Counted from the first letter of the stretch, positions 1-9,663 are shown. The stretch is DNA of 32,000 nucleotides from Candidatus Babelota bacterium (GCA_039809905.1 JBDHVY010000001.1:810001-842000); one strand, 5' to 3'. Translations and numbers: made by a program. Notes: generated by a model not told the origin, from the letters alone.

Positions 1-526
1 TTTGCAGCAGCTCTACAATATGTGTTCCAAAATCGGTTGCAACTGATGGATCGGTAGCCGTGATAACATTGCTTTCAACTACTACTTTTTCTTCTGGCAG
101 ATAATGAACATTGTTTTCAGCAAATATTTTATCCAATTCACCATCTTCATTCCATCCTGTGGCATCTTTATCATGCAATACACCAGATTTTGCCAAAATA
201 CGCGTTGAGATACAAATTGCACCAATTGGTTTATTTTGAAAGAACGTTTCTTGTGCAATTTTATAGCTTGTATTGTTATCAAGATGTTCTAATGCACCGG
301 GTCCGCCAATGAAAAATATGCCTGCATAGTTATTGGGGTCAACCTGATCAAGGCTTATTTCGACGGGAACTTTAGAGCCATCTTTGCCAATAGCGGAGCC
401 AAGTTTATCACTGGCAGTAACAACAGGAAAACCTGCAGCAGCTATTACTTTTTTTGTATCGTGATATTCAGTTGGTTCAAATCCTTCTGACGCAATAATA
501 AGTAATACGGTTGTATTATCCATTTC
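1..526 (-). CDS. DJ-1/PfpI family protein (3' end cut by window edge)
   Basis: Not in the ORF track because its stop lies outside the window. Reverse-strand translation from ATG (complement of 524-526): MDNTTVLLIIASEGFEPTEYHDTKKVIAAAGFPVVTAS...YAGIFFIGGPGALEHL...GAICISTRILAKSGVL...ITATDPSVATDFGTHIVELLQ. It has the family layout: early Glu, GGPG, AIC nucleophile-elbow Cys, xTATxPxxAxxF. Confidence 0.85.
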
Positions 527-538
527 AATTCCTTTTTT

Positions 539-1540
539 TTATAAAATAATTGCTTGGTTATTGATAGAGCCTAGAATGTTTAATGGCTGATAGGTAGCAT
601 CATAATACGAGATGGGCTTTGTTTCCACTGGTTTAATGAATAGCGTTGCATTTTCATTGTTATAGAGCGTTTTTTTATAAGAAATAGAATGAATTTTTCC
701 ATTGTTTTCAGTCATTATGCGTTTAAGTTGCGCATATGATCTCCAAGCAAATGAAGGTATTTTTCCGTTCCAATGGGGTAAATAGATATTTTTAATCGTG
801 ATTTTAGTTGAAAGAAATTGTAAGGCATCAAGAATGCGTTTATTGAATTTAAAAACAATCAGATGATCGATATGTAATTTTCCTGTTTTTTGTATGATCT
901 CTGGCAGCAATGTGTATGCAATATAAGATTCGTATGAAGGGCGTAATGCCAAATAACCAGGATCAATCATAGTGATTGCATTATTATGATGAATGAGTGT
1001 TAGTTCGCCTTTGTTGCAAGGAATTTTTTCAATTGTTTTATATGCATAGGGAAAAAATTTAAGAACTACACAAATCAGGACAAGAAAAAAAGAGAGATAT
1101 CCTATGCGTTTGAGCATGGACGTAATCTTTTTGCTGTGAATAATTATGAGCGCAATAACGGGAATAAGCAGAATAACAAACATAGGTGGTTTGCAAAAGC
1201 CAATAAGCCATGATTTTTGTTCCAATCCCAAGCATGATATCCAAAAGGCGGTAATTTTTTCCAGAAGCCAGATCAAAAGGTCATCAGGAAGATGCAAAAG
1301 CTCTAAAAAGAATATTAGTGAAGAAACAAGCAAAAAACAGGTTAAAAAGGGCCCAAATATGAGTGTGCTGATAGGGCTCAAAAGAGATATAGGCAATCCC
1401 CATGCTATCAAGAAAGGAAGCGATATAAATGATATGAAAAGCTGCAATTGTATGCTTTTGAGCAGCGATTGTTGCCATTGTTTATATTGAATCATATAAA
1501 CTACTTTATCGCATTGTAGAATAAAAGTTAATAAAACCAT
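539..1540 (-). CDS. ComEC/Rec2-like membrane protein, truncated and degenerate (C-terminal competence TM segment plus beta-lactamase-fold-like tail)
   Basis: 333 aa. LPFLIAWGLPISLLSPISTLIFGPFLTCFLL resembles the ComEC TM region; the tail GELTLIHHNNAITMIDPGY...IDHLIVFKFNKRILDALQFL...IKNIYLPHWNG resembles the ComEC MBL-like domain without a HxHxDH motif. Confidence 0.5.
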   Translation of the reverse strand: MVLLTFILQCDKVVYMIQYKQWQQSLLKSIQLQLFISFISLPFLIAWGLPISLLSPISTLIFGPFLTCFLLVSSLIFFLELLHLPDDLLIWLLEKITAFWISCLGLEQKSWLIGFCKPPMFVILLIPVIALIIIHSKKITSMLKRIGYLSFFLVLICVVLKFFPYAYKTIEKIPCNKGELTLIHHNNAITMIDPGYLALRPSYESYIAYTLLPEIIQKTGKLHIDHLIVFKFNKRILDALQFLSTKITIKNIYLPHWNGKIPSFAWRSYAQLKRIMTENNGKIHSISYKKTLYNNENATLFIKPVETKPISYYDATYQPLNILGSINNQAIIL

Positions 1541-1590
1541 TGATTTATAAAGGTTTTATTCGTTAAAATTTAAATAAAAAGGAGAGAGTT

Positions 1591-1878
1591 ATGAAGAACA
1601 ATAGAGTATTAGCAATGATAATTGGCTTAAGTAGTGTTGCAGCTCAGGCATATTTTTGGGAAGATTGGGGAACACGATCAACGCCTGAAGAACGTATGGA
1701 AAAAAAAGAAATAGACTTAAAATATGAAGAAAAAGCTGCTGATATTGAACACAAAAAACAAAAGACAATGCAGCACAATTACGATAAATCACGTGAAAAG
1801 CAAATGGATTTAGAACGTAAAAAGAAAAAACTTGATTTAGAACGTCAAAAGGCTCGTTTGCAAGTAGATCGACGTTAA
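1591..1878 (+). CDS. small secreted/membrane protein with highly charged coiled-coil C-terminus, unknown function
   Basis: 95 aa. GGAGAG ribosome-binding site just upstream of ATG; hydrophobic N-terminus MKNNRVLAMIIGLSSVAAQAYF, then a Lys/Glu/Arg-rich stretch. Confidence 0.55.
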   Translation: MKNNRVLAMIIGLSSVAAQAYFWEDWGTRSTPEERMEKKEIDLKYEEKAADIEHKKQKTMQHNYDKSREKQMDLERKKKKLDLERQKARLQVDRR

Positions 1879-1908
1879 TTGAAAATAATAGAAAATAAGG
1901 AGAACATC

Positions 1909-2124
1909 ATGAAACCATTTAAGCATGAACATGATCATTCCGAACAAAAAAGTTGGAAACATATTCCGAGTCAAATTCATCAATATTTAAGTAGTTTGTT
2001 TAATTCTGAAAAATATAGAAAAATGCCTCATGGCAGTTATGGAATTATACGATCTATGTCATGGGCTCGCGGTGAAGGTTGGCGTCGCAATCATTCAAAA
2101 AGTTTGAATAAAAGCCACAAATAG
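1909..2124 (+). CDS. small hypothetical protein (MKPFKHEHDHSEQKSWKHIPSQ...)
   Basis: ATG at 1909 preceded by AAGGAG at good spacing. It sits between two co-oriented ORFs. The ORF-track start at 1879 is a non-ATG extension. Confidence 0.5.
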   Translation: MKPFKHEHDHSEQKSWKHIPSQIHQYLSSLFNSEKYRKMPHGSYGIIRSMSWARGEGWRRNHSKSLNKSHK

Positions 2125-2138
2125 ATAGTTGGAAAGCA

Positions 2139-2870
2139 ATGAAAAAGTTAGTTTTCTCACTGATATTATGTTTTGGTTTGCTGCTACCAGGTAATGGAAT
2201 TGCATCTGAAGAGCCAGCTTCAAGTGAATGGAAATGGAAAATTGCTTTGGGAGCAGCGCTAACTGCTTTTGGTGCTTGGATGCTAGGATATTTTGGAAAA
2301 GGATCTTCATCTGCAAAAGGAATTGATCTTCTGAGGGTTGCTCAGGATTTTACTGATGCTGAGCGTAACCAACCTCAATTAATTAGTGATGCGACACTGT
2401 TATTTTTAGTAAATAAAATTAAAGAGGATCAGATTTCTGCCTCGACTGATCCTATGAAAAAAACTATTGGTAATTTGATAGGATCAATACGAGACATTTC
2501 AGATCAAAAACTTGGCGACAGTCTTGAAAATATTGATTATCTTACTCTATTAAAGAAAAAATTAGAAAGTATTCGTCCTGAATATTATTCTGCAGGTCTA
2601 GCTAAGGATGTGCAAGAAATCCAGAGTAATTTTTTTGGAGCAAATAAGTTATATAAAGAGGTAAGAAAATCATTACAATATTTGGGTGGGTATTCTGGGC
2701 TTGTTGATGATTTAAATGAAATGATCGAAGAAAAATACGCTGAAAATATAAGAATTTACGAGCAACGAAAGAATGAAGCACAAGCAAAAATGCAAGCATT
2801 AAAAGCTGCTATTGTAAAAGAAAAACAAGAACAGAAGCAACAACAGGAATTAACCAAAGAACCTTCTTGA
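2139..2870 (+). CDS. secreted or membrane-anchored coiled-coil protein, unknown function
   Basis: 243 aa. Signal peptide MKKLVFSLILCFGLLLPGNGIAS, second hydrophobic segment IALGAALTAFGAWMLGYF, charged C-terminal helix. Confidence 0.6.
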   Translation: MKKLVFSLILCFGLLLPGNGIASEEPASSEWKWKIALGAALTAFGAWMLGYFGKGSSSAKGIDLLRVAQDFTDAERNQPQLISDATLLFLVNKIKEDQISASTDPMKKTIGNLIGSIRDISDQKLGDSLENIDYLTLLKKKLESIRPEYYSAGLAKDVQEIQSNFFGANKLYKEVRKSLQYLGGYSGLVDDLNEMIEEKYAENIRIYEQRKNEAQAKMQALKAAIVKEKQEQKQQQELTKEPS

Positions 2871-2938
2871 TGTTTCATAACAGTTGACTATGCTAATAGG
2901 AGATTAAAAATCACCATTGAGCAGTAAGGAGTTTTGTT

Positions 2939-3331
2939 ATGAAGCATTACATCTTATCTATATTATGTACCATTTCTTTTTATACGTATCCTATGCTACT
3001 TTTGGAAAGTTCTGAACAAGTACATCGCCGTAATGCTCGTGAAGTTCAGCATGAGTGTGTTAATCTTTTAAATTTTTTTAATAAACAATATCCTGGAATA
3101 GTGAGCACAAAACATTTGAGACTTACTTTAAAAAGCATTGGCACATCTGAGATAACAACAGAACAAAAAAAAGAAGCTTTTATTGCATTAGCGCACGTGA
3201 AGCAGAATTTTATTAATTGGATTCAGTGGATGCAGAAAAAAGAAGCAGAAGAGCACGCATTGCTTAAAAAATTTGGAATGGTAGTAGATAATGAAGCATA
3301 TTTCAAAAGATATAATTGCTACGATTGTTGA
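2939..3331 (+). CDS. small secreted hypothetical protein
   Basis: 130 aa. AAGGAG upstream; signal peptide MKHYILSILCTISFYTYPMLLLES. The 3' end overlaps the tkt ORF by about 41 nt. Confidence 0.5.
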   Translation: MKHYILSILCTISFYTYPMLLLESSEQVHRRNAREVQHECVNLLNFFNKQYPGIVSTKHLRLTLKSIGTSEITTEQKKEAFIALAHVKQNFINWIQWMQKKEAEEHALLKKFGMVVDNEAYFKRYNCYDC

Positions 3332-5186
3332 GCATAAAGCATACAATTTAAGACGATGGTCAATTATCGCGCCAGCAAAAGCTGGCTCTGGTCATACAAC
3401 ATCATGTTTATCCGCAGCAGATATTGTTGCGGTACTTTTTTTTTATGCTATGCATTTTGATCCCTATAATTATAAAAATCCCGATAATGATCGATTTATT
3501 TTATCAAAAGGCCATGCAGCACCATTATTATATGGAGCATGGGCAGAGCTTGGTTTATTAACTGATGATGAAATGCTTTCATATCGTGAGTTTGGTTCCG
3601 ACCTTGAAGGTCATCCAACAAAACATTTTAAATATGCAGAAACTGCAACAGGATCATTGGGTATTGGCCTTTCTGTTGGTGTAGGGCAAGCATTGTGCGC
3701 TAAACTTGATAAGCGAAATTATCGCACGTATGTGCTTATGGGCGATAGTGAATCATCAGAAGGCAGTGTATGGGAAGCAGTGCAATTAGCAGCACATTAT
3801 AATCTTGATAATCTTATTTGTTTTGTTGATGTTAATAATCTTGGTCAAAGCACTGAAACAATGTTTGATTATCGCATAAAGCAGTATGTTGAAATGTATC
3901 ATTCTTTTGGGTGGCAGGTGTTTGATGTTGATGGGCATGATATACAAGCCCTGATGAACGTAATTGATAAAGCACATGAAGTTCGTGGAAAGCCTGTTAT
4001 GATTATTGCAAAAACAATCAAAGGTTATGGCATTGATTTTGCCGCAGGTTTACAAGGTTTTCATGGAAAGGCTTTTACTGGGCAACAAGAAAAAGAAGCA
4101 CTCAAGCAGTTAGAAAATAATTTTCCAGATGCTACGCATTATAATAACACTGATGAAACAAGTATTGATTATAAACCACAACACCCGCAGAAATCAGTTG
4201 CTGCATATACTGGTGCCAATACCATAATTGAAATTCCTGATTGTACGTATGTGCGTGGAAATTTTGTTGCTACACGAAAAGCTTATGGTAATGCGTTGGC
4301 ATTGCTTGGTGATACATGTGATGCAATTGTAAGTCTTGACGCTGAAGTAAAAAATTCAACATATGCTGAAATTTTTGAATCTGTTCATCCTGAAAGATTT
4401 TTTCAATGTTTTGTAGCAGAACAAAATATGGTTGGTATGGGAGTTGGTTTTGATTGTCGCGGTAAAATACCTTTTGTTTCAACATTTAGTTGTTTTTTTT
4501 CACGTGCGCATGATCAAATTCGTATGGCAGCAATCGGCGGCGCTGCATTGCGTCTAGTTGGTTCTCATTCTGGTGTTTCTATCGGGCAAGATGGGCCATC
4601 ACAAATGGGATTAGAAGATATTGCAATAATGAGGTGTTTGCCTGATTCTGTGGTTCTTTATCCATCAGATGCAGTCAGTACACATAAATTAGTAGAACAA
4701 ATGGCGCGCTATAACGATGGCATTAGCTATTTGCGTACAACGCGTATGGAAACATTGGTTGTTTACGATAATGATGAAAAATTTCCTATCGGAGGTTGTA
4801 AAGTATTGCGGCAATCAGAACATGATGTTGCGTGTATTATTGCTGCAGGGATAACGTTGCATGAAGCTCTTAAAGCATATGATATTTTATCTCAGCGCAA
4901 TGTTTTTGTATCCGTCATTGATTTATATTCCATTAAGCCGCTTGATGCAACTACGCTCATTTCTGTTGCAAAATCATCACAAAATAAAATAATTACGGTG
5001 GAAGATCATTACCCACAAGGTGGTATTGGTGAGGCTGTGCTGAATGCCGTGCGTAATGAAAATATTATAGTACAATCACTTGCAGTCAATCACCTGCCGC
5101 GCTCTGGTAAGCCAGAAGAATTATTGGCTTGGGCTGGTATTGATGCTAATGCGATTGTCAAATGTGTGCAGAGTTTTATTATTTAA
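3291..5186 (+). CDS. tkt: transketolase
   Basis: 631 aa. AGSGHTTSCLSAADI, ILSKGHAAPLLYGAWAE, DLEGHPTK, GSLGIGLSVGVGQAL, MGDSESSEGSVWEA (TPP-binding GDx26-30N region), SVSIGQDGPSQMGLEDIAIMR, and a C-terminal transketolase domain. Confidence 0.95.
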   Translation: MKHISKDIIATIVEHKAYNLRRWSIIAPAKAGSGHTTSCLSAADIVAVLFFYAMHFDPYNYKNPDNDRFILSKGHAAPLLYGAWAELGLLTDDEMLSYREFGSDLEGHPTKHFKYAETATGSLGIGLSVGVGQALCAKLDKRNYRTYVLMGDSESSEGSVWEAVQLAAHYNLDNLICFVDVNNLGQSTETMFDYRIKQYVEMYHSFGWQVFDVDGHDIQALMNVIDKAHEVRGKPVMIIAKTIKGYGIDFAAGLQGFHGKAFTGQQEKEALKQLENNFPDATHYNNTDETSIDYKPQHPQKSVAAYTGANTIIEIPDCTYVRGNFVATRKAYGNALALLGDTCDAIVSLDAEVKNSTYAEIFESVHPERFFQCFVAEQNMVGMGVGFDCRGKIPFVSTFSCFFSRAHDQIRMAAIGGAALRLVGSHSGVSIGQDGPSQMGLEDIAIMRCLPDSVVLYPSDAVSTHKLVEQMARYNDGISYLRTTRMETLVVYDNDEKFPIGGCKVLRQSEHDVACIIAAGITLHEALKAYDILSQRNVFVSVIDLYSIKPLDATTLISVAKSSQNKIITVEDHYPQGGIGEAVLNAVRNENIIVQSLAVNHLPRSGKPEELLAWAGIDANAIVKCVQSFII

Positions 5187-5204
5187 AAAGCTATTAACAC
5201 TTAC

Positions 5205-6371
5205 TTAGGAAAAATAGTTTAATTTGAATCTTTTTATTACGTCATAAGCGTCATTTGCTATCATGTGTATTGCCTCATCCAATGCAAATGTGGATTGCTC
5301 ATTCACATTTTGCTCAAGAGGTTGCTCTTGTGCAGGTGCTTTAGATCGCTTAGGTTGAGTAAGAGCAATTTTTTGCATAGGTATTGGCTGAGCTTTAAGA
5401 TGTCTTTCTAAATGATGTGAATCATCGATAGCTGCTAATTGAGCATAATGGGCTACGCCTAATGTTTCTGGATAAGAAAAAAAGAATCTATTAAGCCTTA
5501 ATATGGATGCATCTTCTGAATGTTTAATTGCTGAAAATATTTCTGTCTGTTCTTCATGTATTATTCTGAATTGTTCACAGTTATTGTTTAGTTGTAATTT
5601 TTCTCCATCTACACCCAAGTATTTAAAAATAAAATAGTCTTTTGCATGATGATGTGCTTTTATATGTCCAGTTTCATGGATTAGGGTTGCTTTTTTGCTA
5701 TTGTCTCTCAAGAGAAAACGAAATGGAGATAGCCACATGCGTTGATAAAATAGAGGGTAAATTTTTATTGTTGGAGGTGTTAAAACCTTTTCTACCTTCA
5801 AACCATCTCTATTGTGAGATATTGTTGAATACAACATAGAAGCAGTAGCGACTATGTTTTCCTTATTTTCTGAAGCAACGCATAGTTGTAAAGCGCTTGG
5901 TTTTATATTGTTTTTTTCAAGAATAGGCATAATGTCTTTTGGAAAATCTTTGTCATGATTGAAGTTTTCATGATCCGTAGATAACCATTGTTTTTCAAAT
6001 TGTTTGTATTGGCGGGTGTACAAAGCGATCTTTTGTTGTTGTTCTTGAGGTATATTGAAATCAGTGTATATACCATTGATAGCATGCATCTCTTTTTGTT
6101 TAAGATTTTCTTTAATCAAACGGCGTCTATTTTGAGCTGCTTTAATTCCTAGCGTGCGCATTTTTGGAGATGATGAAAAAATTGCCATTTCTGTGCCTGT
6201 TTGTAGAGATTGAGCTACAAAGACGATCGGAGCTCCGACCATCAGTTGTGCTTCTTCTGAGAAGGCATTTGCAAGGCTACTGATGGGATTTGATTTTTGT
6301 GATGAATAGACAGTTATTGTGATCAGCAGACTTAAAGAGCATAGGATTCGTTGTATACATAATTTATTCAA
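5205..6371 (-). CDS. putative secreted zinc metalloprotease-like protein (HETGH)
   Basis: 388 aa. N-terminal signal-like segment IQRILCSLSLLITITVYS; LIHETGHIKAHHHAKD, then FRIIHEEQTEIFSAI (possible third zinc ligand). Similar in layout to 6564..7598. Confidence 0.6.
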   Translation of the reverse strand: MNKLCIQRILCSLSLLITITVYSSQKSNPISSLANAFSEEAQLMVGAPIVFVAQSLQTGTEMAIFSSSPKMRTLGIKAAQNRRRLIKENLKQKEMHAINGIYTDFNIPQEQQQKIALYTRQYKQFEKQWLSTDHENFNHDKDFPKDIMPILEKNNIKPSALQLCVASENKENIVATASMLYSTISHNRDGLKVEKVLTPPTIKIYPLFYQRMWLSPFRFLLRDNSKKATLIHETGHIKAHHHAKDYFIFKYLGVDGEKLQLNNNCEQFRIIHEEQTEIFSAIKHSEDASILRLNRFFFSYPETLGVAHYAQLAAIDDSHHLERHLKAQPIPMQKIALTQPKRSKAPAQEQPLEQNVNEQSTFALDEAIHMIANDAYDVIKRFKLNYFS

Positions 6372-6563
6372 AATTTATCCTCTTGGAAATATTTTTACAA
6401 AAAGCTTTATTGATTATTAATTCTAACTTTATCAATATGTATCAATTTGTAAATATTCAAAAGAGGTAGCTTTTAAACTTTAAGCTACAACAGCAAGACT
6501 GTTTAAAACTTTTTCATGCGAAGATGATCAATTAAGCCTGGCATGTTTTGTGATAGCTACTTT

Positions 6564-7598
6564 TTAGCAAAAATATGCAGATTCGAGTTTATTATGAATT
6601 TTCCACAGCATATCAATCGTACTGATCTGGTAAAAATGTTCTTCATACAGATGTTCAGGATAATATTTTTTTTCGCGCATTTCTTTCATGTGCGTTGCTA
6701 TAACAGGATTATTGATAGAAGAAACTACTTCTGCTTGAGCTTCATGGATTTGTGAAAGCTTATGATACTCTGGGCTTTTTTCGAATTCATTTTTATCAAC
6801 TGCATAATAATATTTAAGATATTCTATTAGGATAGCCGCAGTTATAGGGTCTAAGTTAACTAAATGTTGAACTTCATGAGCGCAAAAGCTTATTTGTTGG
6901 GATATTGATGTATTATTTAATCGTGACGATAGTTCAATGGTAGAAGGAATATATTCTGCATCAATGATCAGGTTATTATTTAAATTGTCTTTGCTTATGG
7001 CAATAGAGACTACCGCTTGAGCTATAGTTTCTGCATGAGCTGGCTTATAACTACTGATGAACCCAACTTCTTTTTGATCAGAAATCATTTTTATAGAGAT
7101 GCTCTCAGGATTAATATTATTTAATTTGAGCAACATAATGATAGTTTCTAATGCATTGGTTGGAATCGTTTCATCATGAGTTATATCAGGATGAGCATTC
7201 AGCATTCCATTTTTATAACTATTTTTAACACGTTCTATGTCTTGCAAGCATCTTTCCCATATTTCATTGCTCATGCCATATTTTTGTTTTATAGCGATAA
7301 GAGCTTCTTGTTCGAGAATAAGCAATTTTTTTTCAAATTTCTTGAGCTGTGTTTGAACGGTTGCAAGGGCTTGGTCAAGATCATCTTTTTTATGAGTAAG
7401 ACGATAATAAGCATAAAGACCTGTTTGGCGTAATTTTCGTGTTACATTGATGAATGCACAATTAACGGTATATGGTGATGCGGTATAAGTACGAAAAGCT
7501 TTATGATACCACGGCAGAGAGCTGGTTTTGGCGATGCTCGGCATCAAAACAAGAAAACAGGTGAGTATTGCAAAGGTATTGTGCCGTGAAAAAAGCAT
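6564..7598 (-). CDS. putative secreted zinc metalloprotease-like protein (HEVQH)
   Basis: 344 aa. Signal-like N-terminus FAILTCFLVLMPSIAKTS; SFCAHEVQHLVNLDP, then LSQIHEAQAEVVSSI. Paralogous in layout to 5205..6371. Confidence 0.6.
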   Translation of the reverse strand: MLFSRHNTFAILTCFLVLMPSIAKTSSLPWYHKAFRTYTASPYTVNCAFINVTRKLRQTGLYAYYRLTHKKDDLDQALATVQTQLKKFEKKLLILEQEALIAIKQKYGMSNEIWERCLQDIERVKNSYKNGMLNAHPDITHDETIPTNALETIIMLLKLNNINPESISIKMISDQKEVGFISSYKPAHAETIAQAVVSIAISKDNLNNNLIIDAEYIPSTIELSSRLNNTSISQQISFCAHEVQHLVNLDPITAAILIEYLKYYYAVDKNEFEKSPEYHKLSQIHEAQAEVVSSINNPVIATHMKEMREKKYYPEHLYEEHFYQISTIDMLWKIHNKLESAYFC

Positions 7599-7657
7599 TT
7601 CCTAACCCCTCTTTTTAAGAATAAAGACCTATTATAACTCTATCAGAAAAATCAAAA

Positions 7658-8611
7658 TTAGCAATGTTTTTTGGGTTTATATATGCATAAAAGTTTATAT
7701 TTGGCAATTGTATTGCTTGCAAGGCTCTGTGCATGCCAGGAATCAAGCTTCTCTAAAATAGTCGGTAGCAGAGCAGCAAATTCAATCGTGGAAAACCGTG
7801 TGTGGGAGATAGGAAAGTCATTTATTTTGATTTTTGCCTGTGTTAGATGGCTATAGATAGGAAAAAGACGGGATGAAAAGGGCGGAATTCGATAGTGGCG
7901 TTTATGTTTTTCATTAAGGCAATGAGTTCTACAGGTGCGTTTAATTTGAGGGGCAATAACTTGTATCATGTCAAGGCTTGAATAAAGAGAATATACCCTT
8001 TGAAACATCGGATTGACCATCAAATGCTTTGTTTTTTCTTGTACAGGACATGCAAGTAAAACAAGTGATTTTATTGAAAAAGCAGGCGTTGTTTTTATTT
8101 TTGCCATCTTGAGAGCTACATTACCTCCATGGCTATGGGTAAAAATTTGGATAATGGGCTCACAGTCATATTTTTTACGATACAATTGGCATAAAGTGCT
8201 TATTTCATCATAGAGCTTGCGTGCTGCATTTTTGCGTTCTTGATCTGGCAATCGTCCAGACCAGCTAAAAATATAAAATTCTTCCAAAGGAAATTGTTCG
8301 GCATCTTGTTGTGATATCGTGTTTGCTAATGAGCGAAAGTGATGATCTTCTGGCAGCGAGTTGACCGGTACAAGAGATGATGTATCTCCAAAAATCAGAT
8401 GATAGGAAGGTTTACGGAACATAAGAGTTCCATGCACCCAGATGGTTATTGGTGGAGCGGAATAAAAGGAAGGCTGTTGAGACCTTTGAGGTGTGATTTT
8501 TATAATAAGTTTTTGTTTATCTATTTGTTTTCGATGAATGCAGCTCGGAAAAAGAAAGAAAGCTACCAAGATAAAAAATTGTAGTTTAAGAGAAGCAATG
8601 TTTTTTCTCAT
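7658..8611 (-). CDS. alpha/beta-hydrolase (lipase-like), possible lipoprotein
   Basis: 317 aa. TIWVHGT oxyanion-type segment and IFTHSHGGNVALKMA nucleophile elbow; N-terminus FFLFPSC is a weak lipobox. Confidence 0.65.
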   Translation of the reverse strand: MRKNIASLKLQFFILVAFFLFPSCIHRKQIDKQKLIIKITPQRSQQPSFYSAPPITIWVHGTLMFRKPSYHLIFGDTSSLVPVNSLPEDHHFRSLANTISQQDAEQFPLEEFYIFSWSGRLPDQERKNAARKLYDEISTLCQLYRKKYDCEPIIQIFTHSHGGNVALKMAKIKTTPAFSIKSLVLLACPVQEKTKHLMVNPMFQRVYSLYSSLDMIQVIAPQIKRTCRTHCLNEKHKRHYRIPPFSSRLFPIYSHLTQAKIKINDFPISHTRFSTIEFAALLPTILEKLDSWHAQSLASNTIAKYKLLCIYKPKKHC

Positions 8612-8679
8612 TACCCACCTTTTTTTATCTCTGTGCTTTTATTTATATGAAAAATATGGCAGTGATGTCAACTATATAA

Positions 8680-8713
8680 CCCCATTTATCATTTCATTCT
8701 AAATGGGGACCCC
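8680..8713. repeat. dispersed GGGGACCCC intergenic element, copy A
   Basis: CCCCATTTATCATTTCATTCTAAATGGGGACCCC. Inverted arms CCCCATTT/AAATGGGG. Similar to the copies at 22997 and 23576. Confidence 0.65.
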
Positions 8714-8742
8714 AATAAAGAAAGATATAAAAAGGTTCTCTG

Positions 8743-9663
8743 TTATAATTCGATGAGAATATCATGATCTTTATGCGAAGAGCATTGTGCATTGTTATCA
8801 AAAAGCTCATCTAATTGTGCAATAATAGAAGGTAATTGTCTCAAAAAAGGTAATAGCTGAAACTCAACATGAAAGAGTCCGCGATTTTTTTTGAGATAAT
8901 CAATTAATTTTATGCTTTTGGTTAGATGCTTAAGCATAACTTCGTTGACGATATAATCCTCTTCGTGCCAGATTGGACAACTTTTCCAGCGAATATGTGC
9001 TTGCACTAATTTTGGATGAATATCAAAGTGGCGTTCAGAAAACAAAGGTTTTTTTTCGTCTTTTTTTCTATATAATCCTTGCATATCGGCAATTTGAAAC
9101 ATATCCGTATGAGAATGGAGAGAATAAATACGTTCAAATAGAGGGGAATCAATTAAATGTGACGTAGATTTTTGTACGGGGCATGCCAGTAAAATTGCTT
9201 TGGAAATAATAGGTTCAAATCCATCAGGAGCAATGATTTCTGCAAGATGAAGAACTACGTTGCCTCCATGGCTGTGAGAAATGAGGATAAATTTAGGGGC
9301 AAGACCTGTTTTTTCGAGAACAGCTTGGTGAATTGTTTTGAGAGCATTAAAAAGTTCTTGAGAGGCATTTTTGCGTTCAATAAGATTAAGTTTTCCTGAC
9401 CATCCAAAGGAGTAAAAATACTCCTGCTGAAAAAATGTTGGTTGGCTTGCATTGAGTATTGAAGCTTTAATAGCTTCATAATGGTGAGTGTTGAATGTGT
9501 TTGCGTGATGAAGACCTGGCTTGTGTTGAAAGATAATATTACCAATCTTTCTCGCTAAACGAGCAAAAGGTAATGGGAGACATTCATCTATTTTTGTTCC
9601 ATGAACCCAAATAGTTACAACTGGTTGAGGGTTTGGAGGTATTTGTGGCGGTGTAAACAACAT
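8743..9663 (-). CDS. alpha/beta-hydrolase (lipase-like), tandem paralog of 7658..8611
   Basis: 306 aa. VTIWVHGTKID, YFYSFGWSGKLNLIERKNAS, LISHSHGGNVVLHLAEII, ILLACPVQKSTSHL; these match the neighbour at the same positions. Confidence 0.65.
   Translation of the reverse strand: MLFTPPQIPPNPQPVVTIWVHGTKIDECLPLPFARLARKIGNIIFQHKPGLHHANTFNTHHYEAIKASILNASQPTFFQQEYFYSFGWSGKLNLIERKNASQELFNALKTIHQAVLEKTGLAPKFILISHSHGGNVVLHLAEIIAPDGFEPIISKAILLACPVQKSTSHLIDSPLFERIYSLHSHTDMFQIADMQGLYRKKDEKKPLFSERHFDIHPKLVQAHIRWKSCPIWHEEDYIVNEVMLKHLTKSIKLIDYLKKNRGLFHVEFQLLPFLRQLPSIIAQLDELFDNNAQCSSHKDHDILIEL

Noticed and set aside
6372-6563. Possible small RNA or tRNA in the 190-nt gap, including inverted repeat GTAGCTT...AAGCTAC (6466-6488)
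   Set aside because: No tRNA cloverleaf or conserved RNA motif recognised. The 7-bp stem is too weak to call alone and has no good T-tract.
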